Below the pieces are notes generated by a model, which did not search any database, was not told where the DNA came from, and saw nothing but the letters and a program-made list of their open reading frames with translations. DNA of 64,000 nucleotides from an uncultured Methanosarcinales archaeon (GTDB taxonomy: Archaea; Nanobdellota; Nanobdellia; Woesearchaeales; CAXGTL01), in the NCBI GenBank assembly GCA_964535955.1, contig CAZHVK010000004.1, forward strand, positions 6,222 to 70,221. Direction: 5' to 3'. Made by a program: the position numbers and the translations under genes. Shown piece after piece: positions 36,470-45,595 of this stretch (the stretch's first letter is position 1; the number at the start of each line of letters is the position of its first letter).

Positions 36470-38260
36470 ATGAGCATGTTTAAATTCCTTAAAGAAAAAT
36501 TAAAAAATGTAGTCAATAAATTCAGTAGAAAGATTGATGAAGAAGGTGTAGAAGAAGTAGAAGAAGTGTCAGAAGTGGAAACTTCTGAGCATGATCAGAT
36601 GTCAGAAAAGCAGGGCTTTTCTGATCACACTCAGAAATCTAAGATTTCCGATGAATCTTCGATTTCTGACAAAGTAGAAGACAAACCAGAACAAATAGAA
36701 GAAATAAAAGAAAAAGAAAAAGAAGAAAAAGAAATAAAAGAAAAAGAAAAAGAAGACAAAAAGCAAGATAAACCTGGTGAAGAAAAAGAAATAAAAGAAA
36801 AACAAGAACAAACACAAGAACCAATTAAAAAAAAGATTTCTGAAGGAAAAACACCTTCCATATATGAACTTGCGCAAAGAAAAAAAGAAAAAAAAGTTCA
36901 GCCTAAAATCGAAGTTGTTACAAAACAAAAACAAGACATTGAAAAAGAACCAGAACAAATACCAAAACCAATACCAGAGATAAGACAGGCAATGCCCAAA
37001 CTTCCCACTCCTAAAAAACCAATTAAACAAAAACAAGAGCCTGAAAAAGTAATTAAAGTAATAAAACCATTTAAAGAGGAACCCAAACAAATACAAGAAT
37101 CTGCAGAAGAAGAAGAAGAGACAAAGCCAACAGCAGACCAGCTTATCAAACAAGTAGAAGAGGAAGATAAACCACCTAAAGAAGACAAGGATTTAACAGC
37201 AGATGAACTTATCAAAGAATCAGCTAAACTAGTATTACCAGAAGATAAGATTTTAACAGCAAAACAAATCCAAGAAAAGTTTGCCAAAGAAAGGGAAACA
37301 AAGAAAAAAGAAAAACAACTAGAACTAGAAAAACAAGTAAAAAAACCAGAGCTAGAGCCAGAACCAGAGGCAAAAGGCTTTTTCGAAAAAATAAAACAAA
37401 AATTTGTCACAAAAAAGATCAATGAAAAACAATTTGATGAAATATTTTGGGACCTTGAAGTTGCTCTGATGGAGAACAATGTTGCTTTAGAAGTTATTGA
37501 AAAAATAAAATTAGACCTTAAACAAAATCTTGTTGATCAGCCAATAAGAAGGGGCAAAATCCCTGTTGTCATTGAAAATTCTCTTAAAAATAGTATTATT
37601 GATTTATTTGATGTTGAAAAATATGATATTATTAACAAAATACAAACATACAAAGAAAAAGAAAAAAAACCTTTTATTATTTGTTTTTTAGGTATAAATG
37701 GTTCTGGAAAAACAACAAGTATTGCCAAATTTGTTCAATTATTAAAAAATAATAACTTAACATGTGTAATCTCTGCAGCAGATACATTTAGAGCAGCTGC
37801 AATACAACAATTAGAAGAACATGGTTCTAAATTAAACACAAAAGTTATAAAACATGATTATGGTGCAGATGCAGCAGCAGTTGCATTTGATTCTGTCAAA
37901 TATGCAGAAGCTCATAATATAGATGTTGTGTTGATAGATACAGCTGGCAGGATGCACAGTAATGTCAATCTCATGGATGAATTAAAAAAAATAATCCGAG
38001 TAAACGAACCAAACCTTAACATTTTTGTAGGAGAATCTATCACAGGCAATGATTGTGTTGATCAGGCAAAGAAGTTTAATCAAGCAGTCGGCATTGATGG
38101 CGTCATACTGACAAAAGCAGATGTTGATGAAAAAGGTGGTGCATCTATTTCAGTAAGTTATGTAACAAAAAAACCAATACTGTTCCTTGGCATAGGTCAA
38201 GGCTATAATGATTTAGAAGAATTTGATAAAGATAAGATCATAAATAATTTATTTGAATAA
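36470..38260 (+). CDS. ftsY: Signal recognition particle receptor FtsY with long acidic/KE-rich A domain
   Basis: NG domain motifs GINGSGKTTSIAKF (G1), DTAGR (G3), TKADVD (G4). Track start at 36416 is a GTG; likely ATG at 36470 or 36476 with RBS GGAGTGG. Confidence 0.85.
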   Translation: MSMFKFLKEKLKNVVNKFSRKIDEEGVEEVEEVSEVETSEHDQMSEKQGFSDHTQKSKISDESSISDKVEDKPEQIEEIKEKEKEEKEIKEKEKEDKKQDKPGEEKEIKEKQEQTQEPIKKKISEGKTPSIYELAQRKKEKKVQPKIEVVTKQKQDIEKEPEQIPKPIPEIRQAMPKLPTPKKPIKQKQEPEKVIKVIKPFKEEPKQIQESAEEEEETKPTADQLIKQVEEEDKPPKEDKDLTADELIKESAKLVLPEDKILTAKQIQEKFAKERETKKKEKQLELEKQVKKPELEPEPEAKGFFEKIKQKFVTKKINEKQFDEIFWDLEVALMENNVALEVIEKIKLDLKQNLVDQPIRRGKIPVVIENSLKNSIIDLFDVEKYDIINKIQTYKEKEKKPFIICFLGINGSGKTTSIAKFVQLLKNNNLTCVISAADTFRAAAIQQLEEHGSKLNTKVIKHDYGADAAAVAFDSVKYAEAHNIDVVLIDTAGRMHSNVNLMDELKKIIRVNEPNLNIFVGESITGNDCVDQAKKFNQAVGIDGVILTKADVDEKGGASISVSYVTKKPILFLGIGQGYNDLEEFDKDKIINNLFE

Positions 38261-38274
38261 AAGAGGTAATTTAA

Positions 38275-38844
38275 ATGAGAAGAAAAAAAACACAAAAATT
38301 CAATCTATTAAAAGAACTTAAAACATCATTCTCTATAATCACTTTAAAAAAAAAAACAATAAACCAAGTCGCAGACAATGGCTCAACATGGTTGGCAGTG
38401 ATTTTATTTGGTTTTTGGAGTTTAGTAGCAGGCATTATTATCCAAGATTATATGTCAGCAATTGGTTGGTTTGTTGAAGCAATATTCTTTACTTGGATCA
38501 TCACATTATTATATTATTTAGGTGGAATGTTATTCAAATCAAAAGCAGAATTCATGGAAATCTATAAACCATGGGGCTATGCACAGCTTGTTGTTGGAAT
38601 CAGTTTCTTAATCAATAAACTCTTTACCACTAATCTTGCATTACTAATATCTTTATTACTCGAAGTATGGTGCATAATCATTGCATACAAGATAATCAAA
38701 ACAGAATCCAGATTAAAGCCATGGAAAGCATTAATAATAGCATTAATACCAATCATAATCTTAATAATAATTGTAATGACAAACTCTTTGACTTTATTAA
38801 GTATTATTTTAGATTCAGGTTTGGTGAATGGGTTGTTGTTTTAA
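38275..38844 (+). CDS. Integral membrane protein (5 TM), hypothetical
   Basis: Hydrophobic helices; RBS AAGAGGTAA upstream. Confidence 0.5.
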   Translation: MRRKKTQKFNLLKELKTSFSIITLKKKTINQVADNGSTWLAVILFGFWSLVAGIIIQDYMSAIGWFVEAIFFTWIITLLYYLGGMLFKSKAEFMEIYKPWGYAQLVVGISFLINKLFTTNLALLISLLLEVWCIIIAYKIIKTESRLKPWKALIIALIPIIILIIIVMTNSLTLLSIILDSGLVNGLLF

Positions 38845-39527
38845 TAAAACTTAACCTTTCCTTCAAACAACACACCTTTCCTTAACTCAACAGGTCTCCA
38901 TTTATCAATAATCAATTTAGCATCTAACCAATTAGCAAGTTCTTTTGGATTACCAATAGTAGCACTGAGTCCAATAATCTGCACATTAGCCAACAGCCTT
39001 CGTAATATTGTAATCAGGATTTCAAGTGTTGGACCACGACCAATATCATTCAACAAATGTATTTCATCAATAACAACAACTCCAACATGTTTAAGCCAAT
39101 GCGCATGATGACGAATCAGGCTATCTAATTTCTCAGAAGTACATATTATTAAATCATAATTCGCAAGATGAGTTTCTTTTTTATCTAAATCACCTATTGA
39201 TAATGCAATATTACATAAATGAGAATATCTTTTCTTAAAATCTTTATACTTTTCTAATGCAAGAGATTTCAATGGAACTATATAAATACATTTTCCCTTG
39301 CTTTCAAGTATGGATTTTATCCCACACATCTCTGCAATTAGAGTTTTACCAGATGCAGTTGGTGTACACACAAGCAAATTCTTACCATCTAACAAACCAT
39401 TTTTTATTGCTTTTTTCTGGCAAGGCCTAAGCTCAGTAATATTACACTTATCCAAAACCTTGTACAACTCAGCAGGAATATGATCTTTGATAGATTTTAG
39501 TTTCATACATCTGGGAAAAGAAAACAA
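38841..39527 (-). pseudogene. Truncated Ski2/Hel308-type helicase: only the first RecA-like domain (228 aa)
   Basis: Motif I CTPTASGKT, Ia, motif II VVVIDEIHLL, motif III LSATIGN, then the ORF ends (..KVKFY*). No helicase domain 2 on this strand before the opposing gene at 38275..38844. Confidence 0.5.
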
Positions 39528-39530
39528 TAT

Positions 39531-42224
39531 TTAAGCTTTGGCATGATTATTTCCATTCCCCTTCAACTTCAGAGCAAACTTACCAATTTCCATCATAACA
39601 AATCCTAAGAAAGACACACCTAATATCTTAAGTATATCAATCCAAGCCAAAGCTGTTGTCCCAAACACTATCTGTGCAGGTCTCCAATAAATAACAATTA
39701 CCTGGACAATCAGTGAAATACACACAGCACCAAACAACCACATGTTTGAAAATGGATTTAATGTCTTAAGTGAAGGTAAAAGTGAACGACTACTCATCAC
39801 AGCAAACATCTGAAACATTACTAGAGTTGAAAAAGCAATTGTTTGTGCTTTAACCAAATCAATATCTTTGTATTGCAAAAATATTAAAAAAGTACCTATG
39901 CCCATTATAATACCAAACAATAATATTGATATCAATACCTTACCAGTAATTGGCTTTTCTTTTGGATCACGTGGCATTCTTTTCATGATACCTTCTTCAG
40001 GTGTTTCCAAGCCAAGACCTAATGCAGGCAAATCATCAGTCAATAAACTCATGAGCAAGATTTGTAATGGTAATAATGGTAATGGTAATTTTAATAATAC
40101 AGCTGTTAACACAGCAGTAACTTCTCCAGCATTACATGATAATAAATACTTAGCAGACTTGATCATCTTATCATATATGTCTCTTCCAACACCAATAGCA
40201 TTTACAATAGACGAAAAATTATCATCAACAAGTGTGGCTTCTGAAACTTCTTTAGAAACATCTGTTCCTGTTATACCCATTGCAATTCCAATGTTTGCTT
40301 TTTTCAAAGCAGGTGCATCATTCACACCATCACCAGTCATTGCAACAATATGTCCTTTTTTTTGCAAAGCATCCACAATACGAGATTTCTGTATTGGTAA
40401 TGCACGAGCAACAATCCTTATGTTTTCAATCCTTTCTTCTAACTCAGCATCTGTTATTTTATCCAGGTCTTCTGCATTAAGAACCAGATCTCCTTTTCTA
40501 AACAACCCAATCCTCTCAGCAATAGCTTTTGCAGTAACAGGATGGTCTCCTGTGATTATCATAACTTTGATTCCAGCTGCCCTGCATTGTTGAATAGATT
40601 TTTTGACTTCTTGTCTAGGAGGGTCAATCATTCCTGCTAATCCAACAAATATAAGTTTGTTCTCAATATTTTCAATTGAATATTTTTTAGTATTACCTAT
40701 ATCTTTGTAAGCAAAACCCAAAACCCTTAATGCTTTGATTGCAAAAGAATGATTCATCTTTAATATCCTTTGTCTATCTTTTTTAGTTAATTTTCTTATT
40801 CTTCCTTTTTCATATATTCTATCACAATCTTTTAAAAGAAGATCAGGTGCACCCTTAACATAAGCCTCAACCTTATTATTTAACTTATTTCTAAAGATAG
40901 TTGTCATTTTTTTTCTATTAGAATCAAAAGGCAGTTCTTCTACCATTGTAAAATGTTTATGTATGTATTCTTCTTTAACTCCTGCTTTTTTTCCAAGAAT
41001 AATTAAAGAACCTTCAGTTGGATCACCAATAATTTCATGCTTGCCTTTATTTATACTATACTTTGCATTATTACATAAGTAACCAATCCTTAATAATAAT
41101 TCCATTTGTTTTGAATTAATTTGTTTATTACCTGCAAAAAAACCTCCAATAGGTTTATAACCAGTTCCTGTTACCTTCATATGTTTATTATCAAAATAGA
41201 TATCAGTTACAGTCATCTCATTCTTTGTTATTGTTCCTGTTTTATCACTGCAGATAATTGTCGCAGACCCAAGACTTTCAGCAGCAGGCAGTTTTCTTAT
41301 CAACATATTATGTTTAGCTAACTTTTTTGTACCCATTGACAAACCAACAGTAACAATCACTGGTAATGAATTCGGAATAGTAGAAACAGTCAATGCTAAT
41401 GCAATTATCAGCATATCTGCAAATGACATTGCTCCTTGTAATAATCCTAACACAAAAACTAGCAAGATTAGCAGGATTGCGATTGCTCCTATCTGTGCAG
41501 CCATTTGTTCAAATTTCATTTGTAATGGAGTTTTAGCTGTTTTAGTTGTTTCTAATGATTTAGCAATCTTGCCAAACTCTGTTTTCATTCCTGTATTTGT
41601 GACAATGCTTAGACCTTTTCCATAAGTAACAATTGTGCTCATAAATGCCATATTTTCTTGATTAGCAATAGAAGTTCCAATTTCATATTTGGTAGTAATC
41701 TTTTTAGAAGGAACAGATTCTCCTGTAAGAGATGCTTCATCAATCTGTAAGCTGTGTGATTCAAATATCCTTGAATCAGCAGGAACAATCTCACCTTCTT
41801 CTAGAACAAGAACATCACCAGGAACAACATTTTTTGCTGGAATCTTCATCTCTTCTCCATTTCTAATCACTTTAGCAGTTGGTGCTGATATTTTTTTCAA
41901 TGCTTCTATTGCTTTCTCAGCCCTGTATTCTTGTACAAAACCAAGTATAGCATTTAATAATACTATTCCATACATTGCTATAGCTTCAATAGTTTCTCCT
42001 AATAATAATGATATCGATCCTGCAAAAATCAATAATGCTATCAATGAATTCTTGAATTGATTTAAAAAAAGTCCTAAAGCACTTATCTTTTTACCTTTTT
42101 TAAGTTCATTATGACCATATCTTTGTATTCTTCTTTTAGATTCTTTACTAGACAAACCAAACTTAGATGTGTTTAATAAATCAAACACCTTTTTTACACT
42201 TGTTGCATAATAATTATATTTCAT
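39531..42224 (-). CDS. P-type cation-transporting ATPase, type IIA (Ca2+ ATPase-like)
   Basis: CSDKTGTITKNEM phosphorylation motif, TGES actuator motif (LTGESVP), MITGD, GDGVNDAPALKKA; 10 TM. Confidence 0.85.
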   Translation of the reverse strand: MKYNYYATSVKKVFDLLNTSKFGLSSKESKRRIQRYGHNELKKGKKISALGLFLNQFKNSLIALLIFAGSISLLLGETIEAIAMYGIVLLNAILGFVQEYRAEKAIEALKKISAPTAKVIRNGEEMKIPAKNVVPGDVLVLEEGEIVPADSRIFESHSLQIDEASLTGESVPSKKITTKYEIGTSIANQENMAFMSTIVTYGKGLSIVTNTGMKTEFGKIAKSLETTKTAKTPLQMKFEQMAAQIGAIAILLILLVFVLGLLQGAMSFADMLIIALALTVSTIPNSLPVIVTVGLSMGTKKLAKHNMLIRKLPAAESLGSATIICSDKTGTITKNEMTVTDIYFDNKHMKVTGTGYKPIGGFFAGNKQINSKQMELLLRIGYLCNNAKYSINKGKHEIIGDPTEGSLIILGKKAGVKEEYIHKHFTMVEELPFDSNRKKMTTIFRNKLNNKVEAYVKGAPDLLLKDCDRIYEKGRIRKLTKKDRQRILKMNHSFAIKALRVLGFAYKDIGNTKKYSIENIENKLIFVGLAGMIDPPRQEVKKSIQQCRAAGIKVMIITGDHPVTAKAIAERIGLFRKGDLVLNAEDLDKITDAELEERIENIRIVARALPIQKSRIVDALQKKGHIVAMTGDGVNDAPALKKANIGIAMGITGTDVSKEVSEATLVDDNFSSIVNAIGVGRDIYDKMIKSAKYLLSCNAGEVTAVLTAVLLKLPLPLLPLQILLMSLLTDDLPALGLGLETPEEGIMKRMPRDPKEKPITGKVLISILLFGIIMGIGTFLIFLQYKDIDLVKAQTIAFSTLVMFQMFAVMSSRSLLPSLKTLNPFSNMWLFGAVCISLIVQVIVIYWRPAQIVFGTTALAWIDILKILGVSFLGFVMMEIGKFALKLKGNGNNHAKA

Positions 42225-42228
42225 TGAT

Positions 42229-43356
42229 TTATCCTCTTAAAACAGCAAGCACTATTTGTATAATAAAAAATACAATGGTTACACCAACCAGCACTTTTCC
42301 TTCAGTTTTTGTTAATATTAATTCCTTAATAAATTTTGATACTAAAAATATTGATATTAAAAACACAACACACCCTATTATAAAACTCATATAACTTATT
42401 CCACTCATATTTATTGGATTTATTAAAGCAGCAATTCCCAATACTAATGAAAAATTAACAATCAAGCTGCCAAATACATTTCCAATGCTTATGTTTTGCA
42501 TTCCTTTTAAAACAGATTTAATTCCTACTGTTAATTCTGGAATAGTTGTTGCTATTCCTAAAAATAATACACCTACAATAACATTAGGAACTTTTAACAA
42601 GTCACTTACTACATTAAGAGATTGTACCAAGATTTTCGTACTTAATAATATTGCAGCTATTGTTCCACCAAAAATAAATATATCTTTCCAAATATATTTT
42701 ATTTCTACATTTTTCTTTAATCTGCCTAAACTTCCTTGTTGTTTTATAAGTATGATCAGATAAAGAATAAAACCTAGAATTAGGATAATTCCATCAATAG
42801 ATGAAAAAACACCATCAATGCCTAGGATCAATGGTAATAATAAGATAGCAATCTCTTCAAAAAATGTTTTTCCAATTATACCTCTTTTTATTTTAATTCC
42901 TCCACTTAACCAAGCAATGATTCCAAGAACAAGAGTAATATTTATTATATTAGCACTTATTACATCACCTAATACATAACCACCTTTGCCTATAGATGAC
43001 GCAAAATAAGCAGTACTTAGTTCTGGAAGACTGGTTGCAATTGCAACCACTATAAAACCTATTACAAAATCATTTATTCCTGTTTGCTTTGAATAATGAG
43101 ATATTGCTTCTATTGCAAATCCAGCAGATTTCATTATAATGTAAATACTAATCAAGAACACAAAAAAGAACACAACCAATGGATGAATTTTAAACATTTC
43201 TTTTTTATCAAGATAACTAAACAAAAGAAGCAATGCTATAAAAAATCCAACAATATACCACGACAGTTCGTGTTTGGAATAGTGTTTGATTGGTGTTCTT
43301 TTGTTTTTAGTTTGTTTTTTATTCTTATTTTTGCTTAGCCTCTTTTTTTTCTTCAC
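42229..43356 (-). CDS. Na+/Ca2+ exchanger (CaCA family)
   Basis: Two alpha-repeat motifs ATSLPELSTAY and ATTIPELTVGI, with GNVFGSLIVN in TM-rich halves. Confidence 0.75.
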   Translation of the reverse strand: MKKKKRLSKNKNKKQTKNKRTPIKHYSKHELSWYIVGFFIALLLLFSYLDKKEMFKIHPLVVFFFVFLISIYIIMKSAGFAIEAISHYSKQTGINDFVIGFIVVAIATSLPELSTAYFASSIGKGGYVLGDVISANIINITLVLGIIAWLSGGIKIKRGIIGKTFFEEIAILLLPLILGIDGVFSSIDGIILILGFILYLIILIKQQGSLGRLKKNVEIKYIWKDIFIFGGTIAAILLSTKILVQSLNVVSDLLKVPNVIVGVLFLGIATTIPELTVGIKSVLKGMQNISIGNVFGSLIVNFSLVLGIAALINPINMSGISYMSFIIGCVVFLISIFLVSKFIKELILTKTEGKVLVGVTIVFFIIQIVLAVLRG

Positions 43357-43380
43357 TTTACACCTCTTTTTTAAAAAAAC

Positions 43381-44673
43381 TCAATACTTCACACTTTGCC
43401 CAATCTTAGGTGCATGAACTCTCTTAATTCCAATTGACCTGGCCCATTCAGCTAGATTCTCTTCAGACTCTGGGTCACCATGATTAAGTATCAACACATC
43501 AGGTTTAACATTTTTAATGTTTCTTTTTAAACCATTCAGACCAGCATGAGCAGAAAAATCATATTTCTTGATTAAACATTTAGGATAAACTTTGTTTCCA
43601 TCTAGATAAATAAAACCTTTTTCCACTAATGTTCTTCCACCAGTACCTTCTGCTTGATAACCTGTTAATAATATAGCATTGTTCTCATCATGCCAAAGAT
43701 ATTTTATATAATCAATTACAGGTCCACCTGAGACCATGCCAGATGTTGTAACAAATATTCCTTGAGACTTGATTGCATCACGTCTTTTATTAAACCCTTT
43801 CATAAACACAATCTTTTTATCAAATCTTCTTAATTTATCAATATTATGTGCAAATCTTCCTTCACGCAGTAATTTAGAATATACCTTTTTAGCCATTCCA
43901 TCTAAATAAATAGGAACATTTGTTTTTAGTTCTGATAATATTAATAATATTTCTTGAGCACGACCAACTGCAAATGCAGGTATTATCACAGAACCCTTAT
44001 TATTGATAACAGATTTGATTGTATTCAAGAAATCATTTTTCTGTTTTTCTCTATCAGGATGATTTCTATCACCATATGTTGATTCACTAATCATTATATC
44101 AATCTTTTCACCATAATTAATGTCAGCTTTTGGCATCAGCATTGTTTCATCAGTATTATAATCTCCTGTATAAAGAATAGTTTTTCCATCAACACGCAAC
44201 AAAATACTTGCACTTCCTGGTATGTGTCCTGCATCAAAAAACTTGAATTCACAATCTTTAAAAACATACTTTTTATTGTAATTAGTATTAATCATCTGAA
44301 ACAAAACATTGGTAACATTTTCTTTATCATATGCAGGATGCTTATCATTCAATATTTCTATTTTTAATGAATCTTTTAACAATAGTTTGCACAAAAACTT
44401 AGTCATACTAGTACAATAAATATCAGCATTCATACCTTTGTAATTGAACAAAGGTAGCGCACCACTATGATCAAGATGAGCATGACTCAAAAGCACTAGA
44501 TTAATATCTTCAACATTATTAATAACCTGTGGATATTCAGAATCTCTTTCAATTCCTTCTCCTTCTAATCCTAGTTTGATTCCAGCATCAAACAAAATTC
44601 TATTATTTTTAGTTTGAACTTCAACACAACTTCTGCCAATCTCTTTTGCAGCTCCATGTAATATTATTTTCAT
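43381..44673 (-). CDS. Metallo-beta-lactamase/beta-CASP family ribonuclease (aCPSF2/RNase J-like)
   Basis: HAHLDHSGALP (HxHxDH) plus beta-CASP region; about 430 aa. ATG at 44673 (MKIILHG) with RBS GAGGAGG. Confidence 0.8.
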   Translation of the reverse strand: MKIILHGAAKEIGRSCVEVQTKNNRILFDAGIKLGLEGEGIERDSEYPQVINNVEDINLVLLSHAHLDHSGALPLFNYKGMNADIYCTSMTKFLCKLLLKDSLKIEILNDKHPAYDKENVTNVLFQMINTNYNKKYVFKDCEFKFFDAGHIPGSASILLRVDGKTILYTGDYNTDETMLMPKADINYGEKIDIMISESTYGDRNHPDREKQKNDFLNTIKSVINNKGSVIIPAFAVGRAQEILLILSELKTNVPIYLDGMAKKVYSKLLREGRFAHNIDKLRRFDKKIVFMKGFNKRRDAIKSQGIFVTTSGMVSGGPVIDYIKYLWHDENNAILLTGYQAEGTGGRTLVEKGFIYLDGNKVYPKCLIKKYDFSAHAGLNGLKRNIKNVKPDVLILNHGDPESEENLAEWARSIGIKRVHAPKIGQSVKY

Positions 44674-44845
44674 GTTTATTTCCTCCTCATATAAAAATAT
44701 AAAAAAAATAAACCAGTGAGATGTTAAGAGCAATTTGCAGCTCCTACCACCCCTCACTGGAAAAGTTTTCCGCCAAACTTTTTGTCCCAGGACTATGACC
44801 TCTTTTTTATGAACCTCTTTTTTGAGTTTATGCCTCTTTTTTCCT

Positions 44846-45052
44846 CTACTTCCTCTTCTTTTTTGTAACCTCTTTTTTCTCTATGATAAGTGGCTCAAAC
44901 TCAATATACCACTTATTAGAATCAGGATCAAACTTGAATACAACATTTTGTTTCTTTGTTTTATCAATAGCAAATAACAAAGGCATTGGGATTGTTGTCT
45001 CATAAGAACTTCCACGCTTGTACAGTTTCCTTTTCAACTCAGTAGTTGCCAT
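44846..45052 (-). CDS. Stand-alone AbrB/SpoVT-like small DNA-binding protein (68 aa)
   Basis: GSSYETTIPMPLL resembles the swapped-hairpin motifs of the two AbrB-PhoU proteins in this window (SSYVISLPKKW, LTIYVPKKW). Confidence 0.45.
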   Translation of the reverse strand: MATTELKRKLYKRGSSYETTIPMPLLFAIDKTKKQNVVFKFDPDSNKWYIEFEPLIIEKKEVTKKKRK

Positions 45053-45361
45053 CTTGTCATCAAAAAATAAAAAAAAAGAGCAACTTTGTCTGCTGCCAGA
45101 AATCTAATTGAATTAAGTGTTTTTTAGGGGGTTGAAATCATTTGCACCAGTCAATATTGCTCCTCTTTAAATATAATATACTTATTAATAGTATTATTTA
45201 ATTACTAACTAATATATAAATCTTTCTATTTATTATTATACTTTGTAAAACACTTACAAAAATACTTATGTACTCTCGTAACTATCCCGTAGTAATCATG
45301 CCAATATTTATAAAGAACAAACAACTCCAATTCATATTATTATACTTGGAGGTTTGATAAT

Positions 45362-45586
45362 ATGGAATGTAATCCCAAAAAATTAACAATAGAAAAGGTC
45401 TTAGAAAGAATCAAAGAAGTACCTGAACTTTTAGGTGAATATTGTAGATTATTACAATCTGGTGATGTACGTGTTGCTGCAGTTGTTCCTGTAAAGAATT
45501 CATATGTTGCTTATTTAGAAGCAGTAAAAGATGGCAGGTATTTAACATCTAAGTCAATTTCAAGATCTATTGTAGAAGGAATATAA
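45362..45586 (+). CDS. Small hypothetical protein (74 aa)
   Basis: Intact ORF with RBS GGAGGT; no motif recognised. Confidence 0.4.
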   Translation: MECNPKKLTIEKVLERIKEVPELLGEYCRLLQSGDVRVAAVVPVKNSYVAYLEAVKDGRYLTSKSISRSIVEGI

Positions 45587-45595
45587 TTTTATTTC

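Noticed and set aside
36424-36483. Short out-of-frame uORF (AGGTGAGCATATG..., 19 aa) overlapping the ftsY start region.
   Set aside because: Too short and not assessable. More likely it reflects ambiguity in the ftsY start (GTG at 36416 vs ATG at 36470 or 36476).
44797-44880. Five iterations of CCTCTTTTTT as a possible CRISPR-like or tandem repeat.
   Set aside because: Irregular spacing. They overlap the K-rich C-terminal coding sequence of the minus-strand gene 44846..45052 (AAAAAAGAGG codons) and the adjacent promoter spacer; there is no repeat-spacer architecture.
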